Assembly: GCF_018350175.1 (NCBI RefSeq)
Contig: NC_058368.1
Coordinates: forward strand, 143,160,001 to 143,224,000
DNA: 64,000 bases
Direction of reading: 5' to 3'
Source: Felis catus
Lineage: Eukaryota
Within the stretch, counting starts at the first letter, position 1; each line of letters opens with the position of its first letter. The position numbers and the translations under genes are program-made. This document shows, piece after piece, positions 25,926-37,083 of the stretch. Below the pieces are notes generated by a model. The model made no database searches. It was not told the origin of the DNA and saw only the letters and a list, made by a program, of their open reading frames with translations.

Positions 25926-27851
25926 TCACATTACCAAAAGAAAAGTAAAAAGCTTTCTAAGCACTCTTAAATACACTTTCTGTGACTGTAGGATTACAAA
26001 CAGTAAGAGCTGGAAGGGTCTGAAACTGGTAGAATGTTCTCGAAGCAGCTCCAATGTCTGTATTTGTTGGCATGGGAGGAGACTGGGTGGGCAGGAAACA
26101 CATAATAAAAGAATCAAAAATAAAAAGGAAGGAGGTGAGTGGGCATCTGTAGATGGTGATAAGAAGTAGATAGGAGAAGTAGGATTATAGAGGCAGGGAT
26201 ATACATAGGAAAGGAATAGGACATAGATGAGGCATAATTAACACTGGTGTTGGGCAGTAAGACACCGAAACAAAGCCTTTGGATCAGGATAGAAAAAGGT
26301 GAAGGTACTAAGTTTCAATATGCTATAAAACTTTTCTACTTCATTTCCCTAAATATGTCTTGTGCCTCTAGTATATTAAGTAGTGAGATCTGGCCACAGA
26401 TAAGCTGTCCAATGGACTCCCATTTACCTTTTTCTTCTTTGCAGAGCCCCAAAGTTCTGCTGATTTTGTTTAAATAACGAGGTAAATGTTGAAGAAAATG
26501 GTCATACCAAATACATTGAAGCATATTGCACGAGAATACATTAAACCATAACAATATGAGACCTAATAATCTTTAAGTGACTACTAGAGGAGAGAGCAGT
26601 TCAATATACTTTCTGCATTGTCTTACACTTGGTTCCAAAGTAAGTATGTGTTTTTAAGTCTATTTTGCAATATCAACCAAAATTTTAACTTTGTTGGTAA
26701 ATCTGAATCTTTCCAAACATTCTTGCTTTTGCTTCCTCCATTTTATGAGCCACTTCTTCAGTAATCTATCTTTCTAGAGCACAGTGTGAAACACAATTTA
26801 GGAAATATGTTTTTCATTTTTGTCCATCTGCCCTGTTTTCTCTTTATAGCTTTTTCATATATTCCCTTCACCATCTAGTATATTAGAACACCCTATACAA
26901 TTTCAACTTGTGTAATAAATTCTAAAAAGTATCCTGAAAGAAGTCCTACATATGAGCTATCTCAGTTACCTCAGAAGTGCTCAGCCCTCATGTATAATTT
27001 TAAATACTTCGCATACTTTTCAAATTTTGAAAAAATAACGTTTATTTTCTTAGAACTTTAAGCCAGCCCATTCCTCCCCTATTAGACGGATTTAGTAGTA
27101 ACCCATTAGACAGATTTAGCAGTAATGAATACCTTGGGATTAATGCTGATAGCAAAACTTTAAGCTTAGCATCTTACATTTTAGGAATACTTATTTAAAA
27201 AAAATGTTAGGGCTCTAGCTTTGGCTGCTAATTTGGTCCTTTTTTACAGGTACAGTTTTGATAGTTCCACATTAAGTAAATTGTTCACAAAGAAACCACT
27301 AAATTGTTTAGCTGGAGACACCAGTGAGTCAGAAGAGATATTGAAATACCACTATGATCTCATGTCTGTTTGCTGGAATAAGGGCAAAATAATTCTTTAT
27401 TCCTGTGACTGGTAAGAATTCCCTTCAAAAAGGACAACCGGTTTCCTGTTGGCTTCAGATCTACAAGTCAGATGAAGGAGTTCAAAACACACCCAAGACA
27501 TCATTTAAATAGCTCTTTAAACTGTAATTTTACAAGTTTCCTTGAACTAAAGTCAAATTCTACAAAAAGTGGTAAACTTCATTAAAATTAGTTATGTAAA
27601 GTCTAGAAGAAAAAGTACTATCTAATTAATAGACTATTTAACAAATAAGAGTCTAATGCATGAGCAATGCACTTATTTAATCTATGAAGTAAATCCTGTA
27701 TGTGAATGGTCAGTTATAGAATTTAAGAAAGATGCTTCTCCCCCATGCCTCCAGGGTGCAGATTCACCATCAGTCTCTAGAATGGTAGCCCTATGCATAT
27801 ACTTCTTAAGCATGCTAATTATGTAGAAATATAAATAATATCCAGATAAGC

Positions 27852-28017
27852 TTTTTTTTTTTAATGTGTACTTATTTATTTTGAGAGACAGAGAGCTGGG
27901 GAGGGGGAGAGGGACAGAGAGAGAGAGAGATAAAGAGAGAGAGAGAGATAAAGAGAGAGATAAAGAGAGATAAAGAGAGAGAGATGAGAGTGAGAGAGAG
28001 AGAGAGTGAGAGAGAGA

Positions 28018-28061
<44 letters not shown>

Positions 28062-28186
28062 CCCAAGCAGGCTCCAGGCTGTCAGCCCTAAGCCCAACAC
28101 AGGGCTTAATCTCATGAACCATGAGATTATGACCTGAGCTGAAATCAAGAGTCAGATGCTTAAGTGACTGAGCCACCAGGTCGCCC
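27852..28186 (-). mobile_element. Can-SINE with expanded internal (GA)n/(GAGATAAA) tract
   Basis: About 145 bp GA-rich tract at 27915-28058; ccagataa on both flanks. Confidence 0.9.
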
Positions 28187-28483
28187 CCAGATAAATTTTT
28201 AGAATGGGATTTAAAAATAGGTTGCAATAGGTAAATCTGGACACAATTGTCAGTAACGATATTGAGGTTACTCCCTCACTATGAAAGTAACAGAGTGACT
28301 CAAGCACCCCCAATACTGCCCTAAGGACAGCCTGTTGGTTTGTCTCCTTACTCTTCCTGCACACCCGTGTGCTCAGAAACAAACAACCTGGACTTCAATG
28401 TACATGTGTGCCACTTTCATGAACTAGGTGCTCTCATGCTGGCCTATTGCCCCAAGCAAGTTCCACTTAGAAACTAATGCTTT

Positions 28484-28708
28484 AGGGCTGCTTGGGTGGC
28501 TCAGTAGGTTAAGCATCTGACTTCGACTCAGATCATGATCTCACTGCACGTGGGTTTGATCCCCCCATCAGCTCTGTGCTGACAGCTCGGAAGCCTGGAG
28601 CCTGCTTCAGATTCTGTGTCTCCCTCTCTCTCTGCCCTTCCCCAGCTCATGCTCTGTTTCTCTTTCAAAAATAAGTAAACATAAAAAAAAAAAAATTAAA
28701 AAAAAAAA
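28484..28708 (+). mobile_element. Can-SINE
   Basis: Perfect TSD agaaactaatgcttt. Confidence 0.92.
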
Positions 28709-28757
28709 AGAAACTAATGCTTTCTTCAACAGTTTGGGGTCTAAATGTGTGTTTCTT

Positions 28758-28977
28758 TTAAAAAAATTTTTTTTCAACGTTTATTTTATTTTTGGGACAG
28801 AGAGAGACAGAGCATGAACGGGGGAGGGGCAGAGAGAGAGGGAGACACAGAATCGGAAACAGCTCCAGGCTCTGAGCCATCAGCCCAGAGCCCGACGCGG
28901 GGCTCGAACTCATGGACCGCGAGATCGTGACCTGGCTGAAGTCGGATGTTTAACCGACTGCGCCACCCAGGCGCCCC
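28758..28977 (-). mobile_element. Young Can-SINE
   Basis: CpG-rich; TSD taaatgtgtgtttctt / taaatttgtgtttctt. Confidence 0.95.
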
Positions 28978-29404
28978 TAAATTTGTGTTTCTTAATACAA
29001 TTTAAGTTACCCTGTTACAGAAAGAAAGTATCCCTTTGAAGAAAAGAGAGTAACTCTGCATTGTTTACAAACATTATTTATTATGGAAAAGACTTCTATG
29101 AGTAAGGATTTCAGATTCTGCCAGGCAAATAATCTAGTAAATTAAAGTATTATTCTACTAGATATACCTGCAAACCTCAATGTGCCTGAATGCTTACCAA
29201 GGTGTCTCTCAAAGCTTACTGTAATTGGTTTCCTTGTCCTTGGGGTCCTCTTATCAGATGTTCCCACTGTTCTGTTCCTTATCCATCTATTGGCACCTGC
29301 TTCTAAATGGGGCCTCTTCTGACTCTTGTTGTCAATTTAATGCCTTGATAATCCCCCAAATCTTACTTTCTAGCTCAGATTCCTTCCTAACTTACAATCC
29401 ATCA

Positions 29405-29905
29405 TCTTTTTAAAAAAAATTTTAATGTTCTATTTATTTTTGAGAGAGAGAGTGCAAGCAGGGAAGGGGCAGAGAGAAAGGGGGACAGAGGATCTGAAGC
29501 GAGCCCTGCCATCAGCAGCTAGCCTGATGTGGGGCTCAAACCCACAAACCACGAGATCATGACTTGAGCTGAAGTTGGATGCTCAACCAACTGAGCCCTC
29601 CAGGTGCCCCACAATCCATTATCTTTGCACATACCCTCCCACATCTGGATAACATACAAAATAGAAACTGATGGCTACTGGTAGAGATGAAGATATGTTT
29701 GCTGATAAAATTTTATAAACAGTCTCAGTGGCTCTGTCGCAGGCATCTGACTCTTGATATCAGCTCAGGTTATGGTCTCACAGTTCATGAGTTCAAGCCT
29801 CATGTTGGGCTCTGCATTGACAGCACGGAGCCAGCTTGGAGTTCTCTCCCTCCCCCGCTCTCTCTTTCTCAAGATAAATAAACATTTAAAAAATAAATAA
29901 ATAAA
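29405..29905. mobile_element. Two Can-SINEs: minus 29405-29610 and plus ~29720-29905
   Basis: First has acaatccat TSD; second has a degenerate head. Confidence 0.85.
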
Positions 29906-30524
29906 CTCCTAAAAAGAGTCCCTGTACTGAACTGGAAATCACATTCCAGAAAACATAGTGTTTAGAACTGAAATGGATTATGTATTAGAGTTTTTAATGA
30001 ATAGTGAGTGGATTAGAAGAAACTCTCAGAGGTTAGAATGACATAATTTTTAAAGAAACACTCTATCTCCAACATTACTGATAGCCCAAAAGGGGTTGAA
30101 AAATGTGGACATGTAGTCAGAAAGTGAACCAGAAGAGCTGGACTTTGAGTATGATGAAAGCGTAGGAACATCTTAAGCCATTTATTCTACATATTAATTA
30201 CCTAAGTACAAAAATGTTATAGATGTGGTGACATCTGTGTCTAAACAGATGTCTGAAAGAACTGTTACATTCAGTTTAATCTACAATGTTTTTTCTTGGT
30301 AGTATATAAAATAATGATGTGTCTTATCATCAAAGGCATCTGAAACTAGGTAAAATACAGAAGTTTACTTAGCTCTGGTAAAGAAAATGAAACATCATGG
30401 ACTTTTCTGAGCAAGTTATAAAATTAATCTGAAACAAATTACTTTAAAATATATAACCCATGCCTTTATCAGTCTTTAAATAGAAATAGATAATTTTGTT
30501 AAATGTATACATTAAACAAGAACC

Positions 30525-30855
30525 AGTGTGATAGAGTGGTTAAAAAATACAGGCTCGGGTGCACCTAAAACTAATAAAATGTTATACGTCAATTTTATCT
30601 CAAAAAAAAAAAAAAAAAAAAAGGGAAAGGGAAAAAAAAGCACCAGCTGAGGAGTTGACTTCGTTGAAACTGTGGCTCCAGCTACTTGCTAGTTATGGGA
30701 CTTTTGGTACATTATCTAACTTCATTAGGCCTTGGGTTCCTCATCTGTAAATTTATGGTTAATACTAAGTATGCTTACTGGGTGATTTTGAGAACAAACA
30801 GCCCACATAAAAGTACCCTTGAAGAAAGCACATAAAAGACATTCAAATATTAGTA
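30525..30855 (+). mobile_element. MIR relic interrupted by a very short L1 3' terminus (~30557-30622)
   Basis: MIR motifs (agtgtgatagagtggttaa; gggttcctcatctgtaaa) flank gtgcacctaaaactaataaaatgttatacgtcaattttatctc + poly(A). Confidence 0.65.
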
Positions 30856-33224
30856 CCTTCTGTATATGCACATGCAATAAGGAATCTTGAAAGAATCTTC
30901 AGTAAGCTATGAAAAAGCTAAAAGATTTAATATTAAATATTTTAAGGGAGATGTTTTTGTCTAGTGATGTAAATAAATAGGTGTCATTTAAATCAAAACC
31001 ATTTCAAGCATATACTCAGTGAGTTTTGTCATCATCCTTGGATATTACAGATGCATTATTCATAGTAAGCTTAAACCTCTGGCGTAGACCTCTGAATATA
31101 TTTTGCAAGATAATGGAGGAATGAGAAAACAAACAGCAAAGGTTCTCATAAAGTGGCACGGTTAATTGTGTGAGGAGAGAATGGAAGATGAAATCTGAAT
31201 CTGAACTACGTCAGGTTTACCGAGTAAAACATCCTACAGAGTTTCCCACTTGATTTTGGCAGGCATGAAAAGTCTAGCTCTACCCCATTTGTATTCACCA
31301 AAATGAAGGAACCCATAAACCCACTAAAAAGAGGCCTCTAGAAATCTTCTGGCTCCCATAATTGTGCTCGTAGCAGTAACAGAAGCATATCTACATGCTA
31401 GAATTGCAGTCACTAAGAAGGCTCTATAACATTTATGGCACTGCCTGCCTGACATAGTGACTTCTGTGGTTTCTGCCGTGCCTTAAGGAACCTGTGGCCA
31501 AGGAATGAAGATATAAGGTGAAGGGATCACAGGAGGCCCAATATTATGACCACTTTTTACTCCTGCTGCAAGTTCCTACCCACAATGTTCTAAAACCTCT
31601 GAAGAGATTCCCTTTGAAAATTTAAAGCAGCCCATTCTCATTGTGGTAGGAGATGTGAACACTACTTGCTCGCTCAAAGATATTTGTGGAAGGTTTAAAC
31701 TACATTACAGGCATTTTAAATATTCTAATGTAAATAATACTTTCTCTACATGTGTGAATTTGGAGGGTTGGGTGCTGGATATAAGGGTAGGAAGAAAAAA
31801 GCTACTTAATGAGCCTACTGTTAGTTTGTGAGAAAAGAATTTACTCAAGGAGATACTGTGAATTATGTATCTGATGCTTTCATACAAGTTAATATGTGTG
31901 CGGGTTTCCCTTTTATATAAACTGATCAGTCACTAAAAACTTTCTTTAAAATTTATTCAGAGCACGAGGTTAGACTATCCTATTGGGAAGATAACTTCAG
32001 GGAAACAGCCTTACATACTAAGTTAAGAATTATGTTTCTCTCATCTCTTATGAATACACATCTATCTTTTGCATTCTGCAAAGGGTACAACTATTTTTAA
32101 GCCTGTCCTTTTATTTACAGGGTAACAGAATTATAATCATTATACTGTATTCAAGACAGAAATAAGTATTTTTATCTGTCCATCCATAATTTGATTTCTA
32201 AGATGTCTGTTTCCTTGCAAAGCACGTCATGTATGGAAAATCCATCCCAAAAATTGTTTAGCACAATATTAGTATTGTTGGGGGGAAATAATATAAATAA
32301 AATAATAGAAATCACTTTCAGTATTGGAAGAATGAAAAAGATGCTATTAACATATTTTGCCAAAGCTAAAATTGGGTAGAAATATATGAATAATTTTACA
32401 GTTAAAATCTCTATTTTCTAATTTCCTGGCATAAAAACTTCATTATTTAAAAAAACAGTTGTGATCAATAATCTAATTGACCACTCACTATATGATATTC
32501 AGAATCAGAGAACTTTTGGATTTCAGTTTAAATTTTTTTTAAAAGAGAAGGCCAGGATCATAAGATAAAACTTCAAATTACTCAAATGTTTGACTAACAG
32601 CATGAACACAATTTTAATTGCAACTATTACTGTGTTAGGTGAAGCAGTTCATCATACCAAACTTCATTTATTTAAGCATATATGTACTATATAAATAATT
32701 TGTACAAGGATCCTGATCAAAAGCATTATGCAAATGAACTTTAAGGAGGGCTAGATATAAGTATATACAAATATAGCTCAGAATTAATAACATGTTAATC
32801 CACCACCATTCTCAATAAAGGCTTCCCCCCCCACCCGAAAGTCTGCTTGATTAGCCTGCATGGAAGCAAAAGTCTATTATAATTCTGGGAACCAACTCTA
32901 CTGGCCACAGTAATGAAGACTGGCTTTACTTCAGCTCCAGATTATGTCAACAAGCCATCACGTTAGCTTTAAGATGATGACACAACTGACATCTTGGTCA
33001 GCAGGATATTTCCTTCGTGTTGTTTTCCTACTAACAGTGACAGACTTGAGCATATCCACCCCAATTTAGGTCTCCTTGATCGAATATCCTCTTTTGTAAT
33101 CTGCGACTTTAAAAGTTCTTCTTGGTGTGAAGCTATCATATATGATTCAAGACCACTGACTTGGGCTTCATTTATATCAAGCTTAAGCAATGAATTAATT
33201 AACCCAAATTAAATAACCCAGAGA

Positions 33225-33392
33225 GGGGTGCATGGGTGGCTCAGTCAGTTCAGCGTCCGACTTCGGATCAGGTCATGATCTCACAGTTTGTGAGTTCGAG
33301 CCCCGCGTCAGGTTCTGTGCTGACAGCTTAGAGCCTGGAGCCTGCTTCGAATTCTGTGTCTCCCTCTCTCTCTCTGCTCCTCCCCCGCTCAT

Positions 33393-33456
<64 letters not shown>

Positions 33457-33500
33457 GCTCTCCTTCAAAAATAAATAAAAACATTAAAAAAAATTTTTTT
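33225..33500 (+). mobile_element. Can-SINE with long (CT)n
   Basis: TSD-like aaataacccaga / aaataacctaga. Confidence 0.92.
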
Positions 33501-33617
33501 AAATAACCTAGATAACAATCCAAAATGCTTTAACAGATGGAAACTTTCTGTCTTCCATATAACAACAATAAAGCTAGGACCTGAATTATGATTCCTGCCT
33601 TAAGGGTTTTCCAACTA

Positions 33618-33820
33618 AGGGCTCCTGGGTGGCTCAGTTGGTTAAGCATCACACTCTTGATTTAGGCTCAGATCACAATCACATGGTTTGTGAGACTGAG
33701 TCCTGCGTCAGGCTCTGCATTGACAGCATGGAGCCTTCTAGGGATTCTCTCTCTCCCTTCTCTCTGCCTCTCTCCCATGCTCTCTCTCTCTCAAAATAAA
33801 TAAACATTAAAAAAAAAAGA
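33618..33820 (+). mobile_element. Can-SINE
   Basis: Full unit. Confidence 0.9.
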
Positions 33821-34164
33821 TTTTTCTAACTACACAGTCATTTCTTACATGTGCTATTCCTCTGCTCTATTACTTTAGAAATAATCTGCAACTGACTATA
33901 TGTAGTCATATATAAAGGTGTTGACAATGCTATGCAAGGATCACTGAAAAATAATTGATCACTTTTCATTAGTTTAGAATATGAATAGAAGTCAGTGATA
34001 ATCAGATTAAATTGATCAGAAATGAAAATGTCACTCCGACAGTCTTATGAAGTATAGAATTGAACAGATTTAAGTTGTTGCTTGAAAGGCCTTCAACATT
34101 ATAGCAAAATGTGCACAACATATTTCAGAGTGGAGAATGGTTACAAATATGGATTTCTCTCTGT

Positions 34165-34385
34165 AGATGCCTAGGTGACTCAGTCAGTTAAACGTCTGAC
34201 TTCAGCTCAGGTCACAATCTCACAGTTCGTGAGTTCGAACCCTATGTTGGGCTCTGTGCTGACAGCTCAGAGCCTGAAGCCTGCTTCAGATTCTGTGTCT
34301 CCCTCTCTCTCTGCTCCTCCCCCACTTGTGCTCTATTTCTCTCTCTCTCAAAAATAAACAAAAAAACCCTTCAAAAACAAAATAA
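34165..34385 (+). mobile_element. Can-SINE
   Basis: Full unit. Confidence 0.9.
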
Positions 34386-34874
34386 AGTGGGATCTTTGCA
34401 TTTCTTTGAGGATATGAAAATGCTAGATATACACATCACTAGTCAAAACCAAAAACTTTATATTACAGAGATGGATGACCTCATGTTTTGCTTACATTTA
34501 CATGAAAAGTAAATAATTTTATAACACATAAATGTGAATATCTGTGGAACTACTTCACACCCTTCTATTAATACCTACTAAGCTGTTTTATACAAACGAA
34601 AGCACATGCCACTAAAACTAGGCTCTTAGTACTAGAATATGCTTCTAAGGTTTACTAACAACTTTCAGAAAACTACCTCAATCACATATGCCAAGTTTGA
34701 GAGTTTTTATCAGATACATTAAGTTCACCCATATCAGTGAACTCCTTATATAACTGTCCTTTTTTATGAGCTTGTAATGACTGGTGATTTTTTTTCCCAC
34801 CAGTCAACTAGTTAAATTATATCTGTGGTTGTCACTGACTTATACAAAAGAAATTAAGTACTTAGTACATGTCC

Positions 34875-34951
34875 AATACAGGATTATTCACAAAAGCCAG
34901 TATATGGAAAAAACCTAAGTGTCTATCAGTGGATGAATGGATAAAGACATG

Positions 34952-35000
<49 letters not shown>

Positions 35001-35505
35001 GGAATACTATTCAGCTACGAGAAAGAAATCCTGCCTGCAACAACATGGATGGGCCCTGAGGGCATTTTGATAAATGGATTAAGTCAGAGACAGAAATGTA
35101 AATGCTGTATGATACCACTTATATGTGGAATTAAAAAAAAAAAGCATAGAAATAGACTAGTGGTTAACTAGGGATGGGGGAAAAGGGATTGAGATGTCGG
35201 TTAAAGAGTACAACCTTCCAGCTATTCAATGAATAAATTCTGTGGATCTAATATATAGCATAGTAATTATAGTTGATAATATTGTATTCTATACTTAAAA
35301 GTTGCTAACAGAGTATTATGTTAAATGTTGTCACCACAAAAAAGGAAATGGTAAATATTTGACAAAACACAGGTTAAGTTAGCTAATGCTATGGTGGTAA
35401 TCATGTCTCAATATATAAGTATATCAAGTCAACACATTGTATACCTTACACTTATACAATGCTGTTTTCAAACATCTCTCAAAACTACAAAAAAAAAAAA
35501 AACAA
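34875..35505 (+). mobile_element. 5'-truncated L1 (ORF2 C-terminus + 3'UTR) with internal (CA)n at 34954-34998
   Basis: WKKPKCLSVDEWIK peptide; 3'UTR ending in poly(A). Confidence 0.8.
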
Positions 35506-35631
35506 CTTTGGAGAGACTCTGTAAATACAGATCTGGAAAGCTAGCTTCTATGCTAAGTTTTTTCAAGAATTATATTACAGTGACATGACTTGTGGCAACT
35601 ACATATGCAACTTAAAAATGGTGATCTTTTC

Positions 35632-35843
35632 AGGGGTTCCTGGGAGGCTCAGGTGGTTGGGCAACTGACTTCGGCTCAGGTCATGATCTCACAGCTTGTG
35701 AGTTTGAGCCTCGCATCAGGCTCTGTGCTGACAGCTCAGAGCTTGGAGCTTGATTTGGATTCTGTGTCTTCCTGTCTCTCTTTGCTCCTCCCCCACTCAC
35801 GTTCTGTCTCTCTCAAAAATATTTTTAAAAAAAAATTTTTTAA
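35632..35843 (+). mobile_element. Can-SINE
   Basis: TSD-like aaatggtgatctttt / aaatggtgatatttt. Confidence 0.88.
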
Positions 35844-36364
35844 ATGGTGATATTTTCAGAGTATAGTTAACTCTTTCAGATGCCTTTTTGTAAAAGTGAA
35901 TAGATTCAACAAGGAAAAAAAATATTTTAGATTATTTTCAACTCTATTTACGGATACCATTTAGCACTATACTCATAGAAGATCTTAGCAGACAGTGCTA
36001 AATGATATTCTGGATTTATAACAATCAGAAGTATTTTTTCCTTAAAATTTTTAGCAACTGAGAACCATATAACAATTTTTATAAAATTTGGGCATTTATA
36101 TATTCTGGCTCTTGGGTTCTATTTGAAGAAAAAAGATAAAATAATCAAAGACGTGCTAGTCTATTTTCTATCAATACATTAAGATTTTCATTTCTAATTT
36201 ATTTAGTCATGTGATGCTAGCATTTTAATGGTTATTGGATAACTAAAGAGGCTATCAGTTTGTACAATTTTTGAATTTATTTCAAGCAATCAGTGCTAAG
36301 TCAACAGCATTTATTGCTTTTATGGGTCTAATATTTTTGAGATATGTATAAATGTATATGACAT

Positions 36365-37083
36365 TTTCTTTTTTCCAAATGCGTACTTATTTTGAGAGAG
36401 AGTATGTGCAAGCAGGGGAGGGGCAGAGAAAGAGGGAGAAACAGAGAATCCCAAGCAGGCTCCAAGCTCAACACAGAGCCTGATGTGGGACTTGATCCCA
36501 CGACCCTGGGATCATGACCTGAGCAGAAATCACGAGTTGGATGCTTAATTGACTGAGCCACCCAGACACCCCTATATGACATTTTTCTTATCCTCAAAGG
36601 AATTTCTACCTTAACTGTCAAAAAAAAGAAAAAGAAAAAAGAAATCAAATATATAAGGAACAATTAACCAGTCACCTGATTCATCAAATATTCATTGCAC
36701 ATCTATGTATCAAGCATGCTACCAGACAATGTCAAGGGTGAATAAGCATGGTTCTTATTCTCAAAAGGCTTACAAGCTAGTGGACTAGAAACATCTTGAT
36801 TTCTTTCTATCCCTTTGCTCTCAAAGCTACAAAGCAAAACTTTTCTCCTTACTTTCTTCCAGGCCAGTCTTTCTCTAGTTTTTTTTTTTTTTCCTTTAAG
36901 TTTATTTATTTTGAGAGAGAGGGCGGGAGAAGGACAGAGAGGGACAGAGAGAGAAACCTAAGCAGGCTCTGTGTTGTCAGCAGAGAGCCCAACGTGGGGC
37001 TCGAATCCACGAACTGTGAGATCATGACCTAAGCTGAAATCAAGAGTCAGATGCTCAACTGACTGAGCCACCCAGGCTCCCCC
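36365..37083 (-). mobile_element. Two minus Can-SINEs (36365-36573, 36880-37083)
   Basis: TSDs tatatgacatttt and ttctctag; a possible L2 relic lies between them. Confidence 0.88.
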
